Of a DNA stretch of 64,000 nt, positions 25,391 through 39,251 are shown one piece after another. The position numbers and the translations under genes were made by a program. The notes under the pieces are model-generated. The model had not been told where the DNA came from and did not search any database. It worked only from the letters and a program-made list of their open reading frames with translations. The stretch comes from Felis catus (lineage: Eukaryota). Location: contig NC_058368.1 in assembly GCF_018350175.1 (NCBI RefSeq), positions 143,098,001-143,162,000 on the forward strand, given 5' to 3'. Each line of letters begins with the position of its first letter. Position 1 is the first letter of the stretch.

Positions 25391-27151
25391 TGCATTGGTG
25401 GTGTGCTTTTGCTCTAAGATGATAAACAGGCGTCAGAGATGGTGTACCCCTGTACCAGTGCCTCTTCCTATTTGTAATGAAGCGTTTTAACGGTAGCTGA
25501 ATTTGTGGTAATAGCCTAATTTATGTGATCTAGAAAGCTGTCCACATCGTTGGGCAATGTTGGCTTTCAACGTTGGAAGGTCTTTAAATACCTTTCATTT
25601 TAGCAAGCAATTTGTGACCATTTAAATTGAGATTATTGGTTTTACACTTAAACATGGGACTGACCTAAATGGAACCCAGCAGATACCCTTATCCAGTGCT
25701 GACCTGATGTGGCCCCTGACATACACAAGGCACACATTTCAGGGCAGGTGTCCTTAAAGGGACTTAGATCCCAGATGGTACCCTGGTCCCTGAATAAGGG
25801 CTCCAGTTCCATCTCTCCCTGTGCAGTTGAAATCAGTTTTGCCCTCTTAGAGGATTTTTGTTGCTGATTTTTTATTACTAGGGCTATCTATGTGAAAAGG
25901 TTCACAGGCTGGTATTAAGTGATTTATTTGTTCCTTCCCCAAACTACTATTTTTTAAATGACAGGCTGAACACAGTAGAATTTGGTACTTCTTCCAGCTT
26001 CAGAATTTTGTATTAAGTGAGAAATTTCTCTGAAGGAAGGGGCCTTAATTCCATGTGTTCTGTCTGCACATACATCAGAAACTAGCCCTAAGGGTTTCAT
26101 TACTAGATAGGACGTCTAGCCAAACTGACAAGTTGTCACCTCTGCCTCTTGAATTAAACTCTTAACACTTCAGAAGAATCCTAGTATCTAGTTCATCCTT
26201 AGGAAAGTCATGGTGTGGTGGCTTAAGGGTAGCCTCAGTGGGTGACCCCTCTGTTGGACTAGCCACCTTTACTACGACAGGTAAAAAAACACAAAACGTG
26301 GAAATCTCGGCCCGATAGAATTCCTCAGTCCTTTGCAACTGTCCCACATCCTGACCTTGCTGAATTCCATAAGCCGGTTGAAAACCTTGTCAATTCTTTG
26401 CTCAAGTAAGCTGTTTGGGAGAGGTTTGAGATTCTTCGGTGCAAAAATAGCAACATTCCATCACATGCTAACAGTTACTGATGGATAATAAAGTTTGATC
26501 ATATTTCCCATACCGTCTGTCCCTCTCCCAAGTTACTACATGGATACCCTTTGCACAGAGACAAGATACCACAACTCTGTTGCTAACCAGAAAACAAGAT
26601 CCTCTTGCGTGAGCTCAGGCCCCACTCCAGGCAGGCTCTGCGCTCCCTCTCTCCCTGCCCCTCACTTGGGCGCACACTCTCAAAAATCAGTGCGAGTTCA
26701 CGTGGGTCTCTCCAAATCACAGCCACCTCTCTTCCTCTTGCCTCCTCCATCTGCTCTTGGCAGTTGCTATGAATGACTCCATATACTCAGGGCATTAAGC
26801 GTCTTTCTGATCTCACATTCATCCCTGTCACTAATTCCAATGGCCAGGTTTGCAGGGCAGTCAGTACAGTCCTACACTTCCTGCCTCTGGCCAGTAAAAC
26901 ATGCACCAATATACAAGGCTTTCAGTGGGCAGACTTTGGTCTCCTTTCCAAGCCTTTAGCCCTGTTTCCATTTTAGATCCTCATCTCCTGCCTTTCTACC
27001 TGTACGTGTCTGCCTAAAATGTTTCTCTTACATCGACACCATCTAAATTCCATCCGTTGTTAATTTGGAAAGCATGTAGGCAACTATGACCATCCCTATG
27101 TGTCAACATTCTTAGAACATTGGAAGTAGGGGAATAAGAAAGTTAAGATGT

Positions 27152-27332
27152 GGAGCGCCTGGGTGGCTCAACCGGTTAAGCATGCAACTTTGGCTCAGGT
27201 CAGTCTCACAGTTGGTGTTTGAGCCCCTGCGCTCCCTGCTGTCAGTGTAGAATCGCTTCATATTCTCTGTCTCTCTCTGCCCCTCCCCCGCTCACCTGTA
27301 CACTCTCTTAAAAATAAATATATTTTTAAAAA
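27152..27332 (+). mobile_element. Can-SINE
   Basis: SINE consensus. Confidence 0.85.
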
Positions 27333-28520
27333 TGTGTAAGAGGAAGAATTAGAGAAGCCAATATAATCCTTACAATTCTACAAATGTTACTCCTCATTTG
27401 AAACACAGAAAAGGAATAAAAAGGTTTAGATGTTCTCCACAGTGACGGCTACTAAGTGGCAGCTTTGATTTAACCCCTCCATTATTCCCCACAGCAACTT
27501 CCAATTTCACTCTTAACCCTATAAGGTTCAACTAGTGTTCAGCTTTAGTTTTAGACTGTTGTGAAAAGAGCTCATTCTAAGCTAATACTAGATTTGAGTC
27601 TCCTGTTTTGAGATGTGCTAGAGAAAACCAATGAAAATTTTCAAGAGGCAGAAAAAAGTCAAAGGCATCAAAATGTGACTTCAAATAAAGTCAGTCACAG
27701 ACTATAATTATGGTTAGTCATAGGGCTAATAGTGTAGATGCAGGAAACTTGTTCCCCAGAACACAGTTTCTACAAGGGGAGTCACAGGAGCATCTGTATC
27801 CCCACATACATATATGCCTACACAGTTCTCTGTCTCACTTCCATCCAGTTAGGTCTCTAAACTGCAGATGCTGACAATTTTAGTCTCGGCAATTTCTTTC
27901 TATCCACATGATTCTAGAGCTACAACATCCCCACTGACTGGGGCCAACTTGAGCTCTTTCAACTCTCACTAAATGCCTTGCATATTCTCTCTCTCTCTGA
28001 TCTGGAGACCCTTTATGTTGAAATAATCTTAATGCTTTAATCAAGTCATTGCAAGACTATGGATATGATGGTTTTTGAAGAAAAGCCTTACATCAGTTAA
28101 ACCTGCTAGTTGATTTCTGTTGGAATAGTTTACTACCATGAACAATTAGTTATTTATCCCTAAGGGCACTGAACTCCATCAACAGAGGTTTTCTGTAACC
28201 AATGATGATGAGAAATTGGAAAAGTGCAAGAAACCTTATGTTGTTTGTGACTTTTTTTTTTTTAATGGAAAGAAAACGAAGTCTGGCAGGAATCAATCCT
28301 ATATTCATAAAACTTCTTATGAAAGATTTAGAATAAGCCCTACTCTGAATTTTTAAATTCTCGTGTATGTGGTACAGTGTGTAAATATATACTTAAGCTA
28401 GAAGAATAAATTAACACCATTAAGTGACTTGGGAGAAGAATAACAAGATGGGAAGAAACTCACCACACGTAGCCGTCAAGAGCATATCGTGACATCATCT
28501 TTTTCAAAATTACATTATGC

Positions 28521-28745
28521 GGGGCGCCTGGTGGGTAAGTTAAGCTTCCAACTCTGGATTTCGGCTCAGGTCATGATCTCACGGTTCATGAAGCTGCCCC
28601 CCTCATTGGGCTCTGTGCTGACATAGAACTTGGCTTGGGATTCTCTCTCCCCCTCACTCTGCTCCTCTCCCACGTGAGCATGCACACATGCATGCGTGTG
28701 CTGTCTCTCAAAGATAAACCTCACACACACACACACACACACAAA
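28521..28745 (+). mobile_element. Can-SINE with a (CA)n tail
   Basis: SINE consensus. Confidence 0.85.
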
Positions 28746-29334
28746 ATTCCATTGTGCAAAAGCCATACTATGGTTCTATGGTCGAAGTAGTCCTGTTGGC
28801 ACCAACATCCCAGCCATGTTGTAGGCCAAAAATGATCGTTTTCTTGCTTAAAGAAAAACCAAAACCTGTGGGATCTTCTCTGAGTAAATGTTCAAGTGTT
28901 TCAGTGGTTCAGATCCACCTTTAAAAATTACTTTTTAAAATTACTTTTTAAAACTATCTCTGTGACCCACCTCTGGGCAGATAAATGGGTCAGTTCCACA
29001 CTATTTGAAATGTTAACTCTGTTGCCCAACAACCATCATAAAGTGCAACCGTAAGTTTACTGTGACCCAGCACTTGCTGGAAGGTTTTCTAATGTCAACT
29101 ATAAATCTCTCATGTTATCTCAGCTGTGGTATCACATTATGTTGAGTCCTCAGGAGGCGGGTTACTAGACCTATTACCTCACCAACCCCAGCATTAGGGG
29201 TTCAGTGAGTCACTGCATTAGATACAAGTACAATGACTTTATACCTTGGCTTTCATGGATGGTTGATAAGAAGACAGACCTATTTCTAAATGTTCGTAGA
29301 CGTTCTTCATAACTGTTTTCTCTTCCTAGTTAGC

Positions 29335-30070
29335 CGTGCTCTTTCCCATGGCTCTAAATGACGTGTCTTGATTCCGACTTTTGTTTCTGTTTTTTCTTTT
29401 ATCTGATCTATACCTCTTCTCAGAACACCAGATCTGTATGTATTTAGCTGCCTAATGGTCTGTTCATTTGGATGCCCCATGCATATCTCAAATATAGCAT
29501 GTCCAGAAGGGTGCCCTTGACCCCCATCTCGTCGAAACTTGAGCCCAACCCTTCCCAGGTTGCCCATCTTCCACACTTCATCCAGTTCTGCAATTAGGAA
29601 ACTGCAAGTTCTCCTTGCTGTCTTTCTTACCCTCACCCTCCACATCCAATTCTCCAACAAGTCCTATGAAGCCTAGCTCCAAATTATATCTGGCCTCCCT
29701 CCATTGCTTTCTCTGTCCCTTACCACCCTCATCTGTCATCACTCTCTGTCCAGACCACCTTCATCTCTCAACTAAACTACTCCACTGGCCTCCTAACTGA
29801 TCTTTCCATTGCCACTCTTGTCACCTTCCAATATTCTCCACCCATAAAGTGGTTAGATCACATCTCTCTCCACAGAGACCTCCAATTACTTTCCACTGCA
29901 CTTAGAATAAAATTGCAAGTCTTCCTATGGACTGCCAACGAGGCTGGCTGTGATTTGACCCTTCCTACCAGCCCCATGGCTTGCTGAGTTCTAGCCACAT
30001 GAATAATCTGTTTCTTATCTTAGGCCCTAGGCAAACTGTCCTCTTCCTAGAATTGTTCCCCCTCTCTTTT
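29335..30070 (+). mobile_element. L2 3' remnant
   Basis: L2-like text (cccatggctctaaat..., catttggatgccccatgcatatctcaaatatagcatgtcc, cacttagaataaaatt). Confidence 0.65.
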
Positions 30071-30084
30071 AGTATGACCAACTT

Positions 30085-30456
30085 ATCTGTCTCCTCAGAG
30101 TACATATGTTGAAGGCCTAACCCTCAGAAGGTGGAGATAGGGTATTTACAGCAGTAGTCAAGTTAAAGTGGGCCCCAGTCCACTAGGGTATCTGTGTAAG
30201 TGGGGAAATTTAGATATGAACATGCATAGGGGGACGATGATGTGGAGAGACATCACAGGAAAGATGGCCATGTACAAGGCGAGGAGAGAGGCCTGGACAG
30301 ATCCTTCCCTCACAGTCCTCAGAATGAACTACCCCTGCTGACACCTTGATTTTGGACTTCTAACATCTAAAGACCACAGGTGAGACAATAAATTTCTCTT
30401 GGTTAAGACACCCTGTCTGTGGTACTTTAATACAGCAGTCCTAGGAAATGAATACA
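30085..30456 (+). mobile_element. MaLR solo LTR (MLT1-type)
   Basis: atatgttgaag..., cctgctgacaccttgattttggacttc, aataaatttct, tgtggtacttt...gcagtcctaggaaatgaataca terminus. Confidence 0.8.
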
Positions 30457-30958
30457 TCTCCTTCTGGTTTCCGTGTACGTATCATCTCATGAGGATGTCC
30501 CACCCATCCTTGAGTAGGTCCCCCCTTATCCTCTGTCACAGTTCTGCTAACCAGGTAATCTATAGATTCTCCCTACATTTGCTAGCACCCGTGCAGTTAG
30601 AAGAGCTACATAACTGGTTCTGTCGTCTAATGAAATGAAAGAAGCAGTAATAAGCATCACTTCAGCCTGAGGCAGTGAAGAGTCCATAAACATTGCTCTA
30701 ATATTTCTCTTTTCTAGTGACAAACAGGCCTCATGCACTACCAGACAATGGAGCCTCCTTTTCGGATTGTGAAGAAGACAAGGGTGGCCTCTGTCACTGC
30801 TTCCTTTCACCACCCTATCAGGGGAACTAACATTGCAGTCGGGCAAGAAAAAGAAAAGATGAAGGATCAGAAAGAAAATGACAGTGTTGGGCACATTTAT
30901 GGTTATGTATGTAGAATTTCAAAAAAATATCTATTAAGAGTTTTAGTAAGAATTACTT

Positions 30959-31193
30959 GGGGCGCTTGGGTGGCGCAGTCGGTTAAGCGTCCAACTTCAG
31001 CCAGGTCACGATCTCGCGGTCCGTGAGTTCGAGCCCCGTGTCAGGCTCTGGGCTGATGGCTCAGAGCCTGGAGCCTGTTTCCGATTCTGTGTCTCCCTCT
31101 CTCTCTGCCCCTCCCCCGTTCATGCTCTGTCTCTCTCTGTCCCAAAAATGAATAAACGTCGAAAAAAAAAATTAAGAAAAAAAGAAAAAAAAG
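30959..31193 (+). mobile_element. Young felid SINE
   Basis: Many intact CpGs, perfect TSD aagaattactt. Confidence 0.93.
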
Positions 31194-31399
31194 AATTACT
31201 TGATAAGATTTAGTATTTGGGTATCAACAATTTCTATATACTGGTATCAGGTAAAAATTAAACTTGTAACAGCTATCACTGTTTAAAAACTGATAAGGAA
31301 AAGAAGACAATGTGGTAGAAACCTGGGAATGAAGCTTGAGTGGGCAGTGAATTCATAGAAGAGATTCAAAAGGTGAGCACACAAAAAAGGCTACGTCAC

Positions 31400-32390
31400 A
31401 AGTAATAAGGAGAACACTAAGATACCATTACACCCTCAAGAATGGTTAAAATGCAAAAGACTGAATTTCAAGTGTTCTCAAGAATTTAGAAAACTTTCAG
31501 GGGGCACCTGGGTGGCTCAGTTGGTTGAGCGTCCGACTCGGCTCAGGTCATGATCTCACAGCTCATGAGTTCGAGCCCCGCTTTGGGCTCTGTGCTGACA
31601 GCTCGGAGCCTGGAGCCTGTTTCGGACTCTTTGTCTCCCTCTCTCTCTCTGCCCCTAACCCACTCACATCCTGTCTCTGTCTCTCTCAAAAATAAATAAA
31701 CATTAAATAAAATTAAAAAAAAAAAAGAATTTAGAAAACTTTCATACGTTACTAGCAGTGGTTTAAATGGTACAACCATTTGGGAAGACCACTAGGCATC
31801 CTCTACAAAAACATCCTCTATGTTCGCCCTGTGACCCGGCTGATACATGCACACACTTCAGTCAGGAGACACACATGAGAGTGCTCACAGCAGCATTCTC
31901 CATAGTAGCCAACAACCCAAATAACCCAAATGTCCACCAGCTAATGAGTAGCCAAATTGTGGGAGGGTCCTAAATGTCATCCAGCCAAGTACAGTCAAGT
32001 ACCATAGTGCGATAAAAATGAATGTAGCTACACAGACCAATTTGGATGAATCTCACGGACACAAAGTTGAACAGAAGCCAAAAAGAATAATGTGTGATTC
32101 TAATCATATCAAGATAAAAAAAAAAAAAAAAAAGGCAAAAATACAGTGTGTGTGCTATTTAGGTAGTATAACTGTAAAAAAAAAATAAGCAAAGAGATGA
32201 TTGTCATAAAAATTATGATAATGGTCATGTTTGTGGGCAAGGAGAGCTTCTTTGGGGCTGTGAAGCTTCTATTTCTTGACCAGGGTGGGGGGAGGTGGTG
32301 TCTCTCTTTCCAACAATTCAGTCAGCTGTACATTTATGTTAATGTATTTTTCTGAGTATTACATTTCACAATAAAAAAGATTTTTAAAAA
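31400..32390 (+). mobile_element. Old L1 3' remnant interrupted by a Can-SINE (31500-31726, +)
   Basis: L1 text (taccattacaccctcaagaatggttaaaat, cccaaatgtccacca, tggatgaatctcac). SINE TSD aagaatttagaaaactttca. Confidence 0.75.
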
Positions 32391-33899
32391 ACCTTAATAT
32401 AGAATTCTTTTATTAGAATTCTAGAAATTGCTTCTAGAATTCAGTTGCCAAAAACTTTTCTCTGCAAAATAATTTGCATGCTTGCTCTACAAAACAATGA
32501 GAACCATATAATCTAACATTTCACTTTTGTTTTCATTAGTTGCCAGGAAATCAGAGCAAATTTTGTGCTCCAATGGGGGGAAAAAAAACTCATCTCAAAC
32601 TTCCGGTCTACACAGTTCTCTCTGTTCCTTTTAATTCGCTGTGTGTGTGTGTGGATGTGTGTGTGTGCGGAGAGAGAGAGGGAGAGACAGGAACTCCTCT
32701 GTGTTTTAATATCATGAGTTTCCTTTGAAGTAGGTGGACAGGTCTTTAACAAGTTCGTGATGTACAAAGATGTTGCAACTTGGCATATGGCACAGTGGTC
32801 AACAGCTGCGACTCAGGACACCTAGTTGAGCTGTGTGAATTTGGGCAGGTTACTTCTCCTTGCTTCAATCTGTTCATCTGTAAAATGGAGACCGTAATAT
32901 CTACTTCATTCGGTGGCTACATGGATTAAATAGAAGAGTGCCTTGCACATATGTAAATGTTAGCTATATACTCCTGAAAATAGGATACCAAAATTTCCCA
33001 CAAAGAACCTCAAAGATTTGAGGAATCTAGAAGCTAGAACATCTGAGATTAGAAGTAGATTGCTCCTGGACAATCTGAAGGGCAGCAATAATCCTATATG
33101 TTTCCTTCTTTAAGGGAACGTAATTTCATTCACATGTCACAAAAGGAATATTACGCAAGAGGCAACATTTTACATTAACAGTAAAACAAAAACAAAAACA
33201 AACCCTTACCTTCATGCTTTACTTTTTGTAGAGCAAATTGGGTGTCACTGAAAAATGCAGAATTTCTATTTTCTGATGTTCTGTGGGAATACAATCCTAA
33301 AGAATCAAAACATCCAAAAATATAAAGAATGACAAAGAACTTCTGGTTAAATATGATGGACTGAAACATGCTTTTACTGACACTCCTTCCTAAATTCCTA
33401 CCATGACAGTGAAGCAATCAAGAAGAGCAAAAGAGAAAATTAGGGACAAGGAAGGTCAGTGTCTGCAAGAAGCAGGGTGAGTAATGACTCAGCCGGGGAG
33501 GGAGCTGCCGGAGAGTCTGCGGGGAGTACTAGCAAGTGTTCCGAGAGCTGAGGGGCCTGGCGTGTGGAGATACCGCCTCCCCTGCAAGGTGGGGATGAAG
33601 GAGGAGGCTGCAAAGGAGAGCCGCGAAACGTCTCAAACAGGCGCGACAGATTCCCCCCCCCACCCCCCCATTTCTCCCGCCCCCTGTCCAGCCAAGAACC
33701 TAGAGGTTCATTGTCTGGAATAAACAAGTCAGAGAGGGTCTGGAATCTAAGCGCAAGTACAAGAGGAGGGCAAGGGTGACGCTGAACGCTGGAGGATTAA
33801 GTTACAATCTACCTTCAGAACCAGGCGGTCCCTGGCTGCTTTCTCCTGCCTGGTTCGGAGATGGGCCTCAGCTGGCCATCTATAGCCCCCAGAGGCATC

Positions 33900-34775
33900 T
33901 GGAAGATCCCTCTCTGGAGGAACTAAAAGGCTGCAGAGAAAAGACCACCCCATGTTGATATCTGTATGTGGGGATGGGAGGAGGGTCACCAGATGACAAA
34001 GCTGGCCTCCGACCGGTCAATGTCCCCCCAAAGCCACCAGCCAGCCTGCTCCACCCCACATCCCTCACCCCAGCGCCCCAGGGTTTCACTGTAGAATGTG
34101 AACACACTGCTTAGAATTGGAGACACAGTTTCAGAACATCTCCACACAATGGAGAGAGACCAAAACAAACTAAGGAAAGTAACTCTTGGAAAACAGACAA
34201 TTCAGAGACTAGGGGGAAAAAGTTAACTTCTATCGGGAAAAGGTGAAATACTACACCCATGAAATAAGAATGTGTTGCAATAAAAAGGAATATTCTGAGA
34301 ACAACGAACGACACAAACAAAAACCGTGACAGGTGATATGACAAATTCAATGCAAGGTTTAAAAGCTAGAGGCCAGGAACTCGTTGAGCCAAATAAACAG
34401 CTAAAGAGACGAACAACAGAAAACATAGTAAGGGTTAATTCAGTTAATCCAATATCTGACTGACGTTGGGGAGTAGAAAAAAGCAGAGAGGAGAAAATTA
34501 TTTAAAAAACAGTACAAGAGGGGAGGCTGGGTGGCTCAGTTGGTGAAACATCCGACTCTTGATTTTAGCTCAGATCATGATCTCACGGTACTTGAGTTTG
34601 AGCTCCGCGTCGGGCTCTGCGCTGGCAGCTTGGAGCCTGGAGCCTGCTTGGGATTCTCTCTCTCCCTCTCTCTCTCTCTGCCTGTCTTCTGCTCATGCTT
34701 TCTCTCTGTCTCAAAATAAATAACCATGAAAAAAAAAGTCTTTTAAAAATGAAAAACAGTACAAGAAACTTACTC
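33900..34775 (+). mobile_element. Ancient L1/HAL1 ORF1-like remnant with an inserted Can-SINE (34519-34755, +)
   Basis: A-rich ORF1-like text (tccaatatctgactga...gagaggagaaaattatt...acaagaaa). SINE TSD aaaaacagtacaaga. Confidence 0.5.
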
Positions 34776-35135
34776 TTCTCGCTACAATCAGTTGGATTTT
34801 CTTTCACGTACAAGAGAAGGATGCTCAGCTGGTCCCATGAGGAGCGTGCCAGTAAGAAGAGGCAGAAATGCCCCCGGTGTGGCAAGCTGCAGGTTCCTGG
34901 TTAGCTTGGAGAGAGCGATTTTGGTGGAGCAGGCAAGGCAGAAGCCACAATGGAGGAATCTGAAGAGCAAGTGCAAAGTTAGGAAGTGGAGCTAATTCAT
35001 GAAGACACCATTTTTTTCAGAGTTTTTCAGTGAAAAAGAAGAAATCAACTGATAGGTCTGAGGATTAAAGGTAAACTTTAAAGTAAGAGACACGACAGTG
35101 TACTTGTATGCTAATTAAAAAAAAAACAGTACGAG

Positions 35136-35325
35136 AGGGGCACATGGGTGGCTCATTCGGTTGAGCATCAGACTCGTGATTTCGGCTCGGATCGTGATCT
35201 CACAGTTAGTAGGATCAAGCCCCACATCGGGCTGTGTGCTGACAACATGGAGCCTGCTTGGGATTCTCTCTCTGCCTCTCTCTCGCACTCAAAATTAATA
35301 ACAAAAAAATAGTAAATAAAAATTA
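35136..35325 (+). mobile_element. Can-SINE
   Basis: SINE consensus. Confidence 0.85.
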
Positions 35326-37699
35326 AGATGATTTGAAATAGCTGTCCTATCCCTGGTTCTTAGGTAAGTAAAAGACCACATTTATAATTAATAAAGAGAA
35401 AATGGAGGAGAAAATAAATTAGCCAGTTCAGGTGCCCCAAATACCTGTGGCCCCAATGATGGTAATGATTTGAAATCACAGGATTAGAGGAGGTGAAGTG
35501 AAAAGTACCCACCTCAATTCTCCATGGTTGTTATCTAATGCACATGAAAAAAGTCAGAGATCTATTCTGGTCATTAATGGATTTTCTAGAAGAAGTTTCA
35601 GTTCTTCTCCCACAGCGTCTTCCGTGATTTCTTGTATCACTAGTACACTTATCTGATTAGTCCACATTTAAGGTCAGAAACTTTCATCATCTGCTTCCTC
35701 AACATGTCACTTTGTCTGTCATTCAGCAAGATTTACTACACGCTGATGGTATGTCCTTGTGGGTATACAGATATCCTCAACGTGAGGGGGTAGAGATAGG
35801 TTGCAAAGAAGACCAAGTCTCTGCCCTCACAGTACTCAGTGGTGGGAGGTGTTGGGCACCAGTGTGACTTGTCCACGCTGCCCATCATGTCTGACACACA
35901 AAAGGTTTTCGCTGCAGCCACAACACAGCGTGACCACCAGGGGAAGACAAAGTGGCACAGAAAACAGTCTCTCTGGGAAGGGCGGGTCTCACCACTGCCG
36001 ACACCTCTAGGAGGTGCTATTGTGTGGCAATCTGGGAGTCCCCAGGTGGAAGCAGGGCATGCAGATGCTTCTTCTTCAGCTTAGGGGGTGGGGGAGCTTC
36101 TCTCTAACAACCCGAAGTCTTCTTCCTGAAGTGTCCACCCTAATCATTCTGCCAAATTCTGCAACTTCTATTCTGGGGAATCTGCATGAAGAACAAAACA
36201 TGTCACCAGTACGGCAAGCAATGCAAATGTCCAAGACCACTGGCAACTACACGGCTGTCATCTCTGCGCAACCCCCCCCCCCCAAGCCAACACCAGCATT
36301 GTGGGTGCTGCTGGCATACCGCTGGGAAAGAGCGGCATGATCCCCAAGGAACCCTCAGCCGCCTGTACCCCAGCTCCTGCCCAGGCACCGATGGGCCAGA
36401 TGCGAGAGGAGAGGGTTGAGGACACGGAGACCTGGGCCTGCCAAACTCTAAAACTAGAGCCGTGTGGGACTGTTAGTGGAGCTTCCAGAAAGGTCTCATT
36501 TACTTTCTGGCAGTGGCTACTTCACTGGAAGAATCAGATTCAACTTCAAGAATCCGCCATGATGAATGTTCTCTCTGTTTAAAATATCTGCTATTTCAAT
36601 AGCCATCAAGGAAAAATATATGAAGAGTGAAAAGAGCAATAATGACCAAGAGGCATTTCCCAATCACAAAGATTGTTCCTATCCCAGAAATACTTTTATT
36701 TTACTTTTATGAATGCAAATGAGAACGGAAATTTAACACGGTCGCTTCCACCATGGAACAGGCTTTTGTAATTGCTGCCAAGTTCTACGATAATCATAAA
36801 TGCCTCTCATTCATTCCCAAGCTGAGGTCTGATCCTTATGTTGCCTCATAGGAGGTCAGAACTGACTCTCTGCTGCCTTTCTTCCAGCTAGAATCCAACC
36901 ATTTTGCAACTTTCATTCTTAAAAAAAGTACCGCACACTGAAGTCGATCTTGGGTTTCGGCCCTAGTTTTTGACAGCTAGGGATCTTGGGCTGCAGTTTC
37001 TCAGCAGGTCAGAGCCAACATAAGGAAGCAGAGAGACCTGGGAAGACAGTAATTGATAGTCCTGCCCTGGCTGTGTGAGCCTATGCCAGTCACTAACCTT
37101 CTCTGGACTTCCGTTTCCTCCTTTGGGATGTTGGCCAGGACGATCTCTCAAGTTCTTTCTAACATCCTGTGATTTCTCACATCCTGTGATTCTGTAAGTG
37201 GAGCCAACTAAAATAGGTCACTCCAGGTGGCCTATAAAGGAAGAATGTGGCCTACAGCTTTCTAGTTTCAAAAAAGTGGAACGGAATCTCCCCAGGTGGA
37301 CACATACCACCTCAGGCGGAGGGAAGGAAAATCGGTATTAAGAAGCCTGACATGCTAAAAAGACAGGAGACCTGGCCTTTGTTTGCTGAGCCAGCTGGCT
37401 CTCAGGAATCTGCACGAGGCTGGAGAAAGAGCAGGCTGGCCCATCCAGCCCAGGGCCCTGCTAAGTCCTCAAGGCAGTCCTTTGTCTGAGGCTTACCGGA
37501 AACCAGAAGGTAAAATTTTTGCACGACAAATTCATACGCGCTGCCCAGAAATTAAAGGGCTTTCCGGAATGTTTAAGATTATTAACCCTTTTGTGATGTC
37601 ATAGCCCCGCAAAACTTCTCCATTGCCCAGTAAGTATTCTCTTCAAGCCTCAGATTGAACAGTCAAGAGCTTACAAAAATTTTTCCTCAGTACCCTCGA

Positions 37700-38124
37700 G
37701 AAATGGTTTACATATAAGTTCTGTCCGTTTAAAGTGTGCAATTTGATGAATGTTGGCAGTTGTGGATACCCATGAAACTACCATCCTAGTCACAGCACAG
37801 AACATTTCGTTCACCACCAAAAGAGCCCTTGTCTTCTGCAGTCCACAGGCAGCAAGTGAAATGCTTTTTGTCACTATAATAGTTTGCATTCTCTAGAATT
37901 TTACATAAATGGACTCATACAGCCTGTATCCTTGTGTCTGGCTTCTTTCATTCAGTAGAATGAGATTCATTCATGTTGCATGTATCAGTAGTTTGTTCCT
38001 TTTTATTGCGAAATAGTAGTATATTGTATGGATATACTACATTTTGTTTATTCATTCATCTGTTAATGGGCATTTAGGTTGTTTCCAGTTTGGGGCTATT
38101 GTGAGTAAATATTCATGCGCAAGT
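37700..38124 (-). mobile_element. Old L1 3' UTR remnant (continues briefly after 39270)
   Basis: Antisense L1 text (tgtctggcttctttcattcag, gggcatttaggttgtttccagtttggggctatt). Confidence 0.8.
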
Positions 38125-38729
38125 TCAGCAAAGGAAACCATCAGCAAAATGAAAAGATAACATACTGAATGGGATAAAATATTTGCAAATGACATATCTG
38201 ATAAAGAATTAACATCCAAAATATATAAAGAACTTACACAACTCAACACTAACCCCCCTGCCCCAAATAATTCAATTTAAAATGGGCAAAGGACCTGAAT
38301 ACACATTTTTCTAAAGAAGATATACAGATGGCCAACAGACACATGAAAAACATGTTCAACATCAGTACTTATCAAGGAAATACAAACGAAAACTCTAATA
38401 TGTTATCACTTCACACTTTCAGAATGGCTAAAATCAAAAACACAAGAAACAACAAGTGTTGGCAAGAAAGAGGAGGAAAAGGAACCCCTGTGCACTGTTG
38501 GTGGGAATGTAAGTTGGTGCAGCCACTGTGGGAGACGGTATGGAGGTTCCTCAAGAAATTAAAAATGGAAATACCCATGATCCAGTAATTCCACTGAGGT
38601 ATTTACCCAAAGACTACAATAACACTAATCTGAAAAGATATATGCACCCTATCATTGCAACATTTACTATATCCAACCCACATGGAAGCACCCCAAGTGT
38701 CCACCAATAGATGAATGGATAAAGATATG

Positions 38730-38773
<44 letters not shown>

Positions 38774-39251
38774 ATTCACATACACGCAATAGAATATTAT
38801 GCAACCATAACAAAGGATGAGATCTTGCCATTTGAGACAACAGGGACGGACCTCGGGGGTATTATACTAAATGAAATAAGTCAAAGAAAAATACCGTATG
38901 ATTTCACTTATATATGGACTCTAAAACACAAATGAACAAAAAGCAGAAACAAACCCATAAAAACAGAGAGTAAACTGAATGGTAGCCAGAAGGTGAGGGT
39001 GAGGGATGAAGAAAATGGATGAAGGCAAGTGGGAGATACAGGCTTCCAGCTATGAAATAAGTCATGAGAGCAAATGGCACAGCATAGGGAATATAGTCGA
39101 TGATACTGTAATGGCGTGGTAACAGATGCTGGATACACTTGGGGTGAGCACAGCATTGACGTACAGACTTGTTGAATCACTATGTTGTACAACTGAAAGT
39201 AATGTAGTTGTGTTAACTGTACTTCAAAAAAGTGAATAGATAACATTAACA
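38125..39251 (+). mobile_element. 5'-truncated L1 (ORF2 end and 3' UTR) with internal (CA)n
   Basis: ORF2-like peptide [14 protein letters not shown]...[24 protein letters not shown]. 19-nt TSD. Confidence 0.92.

Noticed and set aside
30547..30894. 115-aa minus-strand ORF next to the MLT1 LTR
   Set aside because: No recognisable homology or splice context, and its length is within chance expectation.
32416..32442. 11-bp inverted repeat gaattctagaa-N5-ttctagaattc as a heat-shock element
   Set aside because: It has only two correctly phased nGAAn units per half and sits at the end of an L1 tail.
36002..36019. CTCF-like cctctaggaggtgcta
   Set aside because: Three mismatches to the core consensus.
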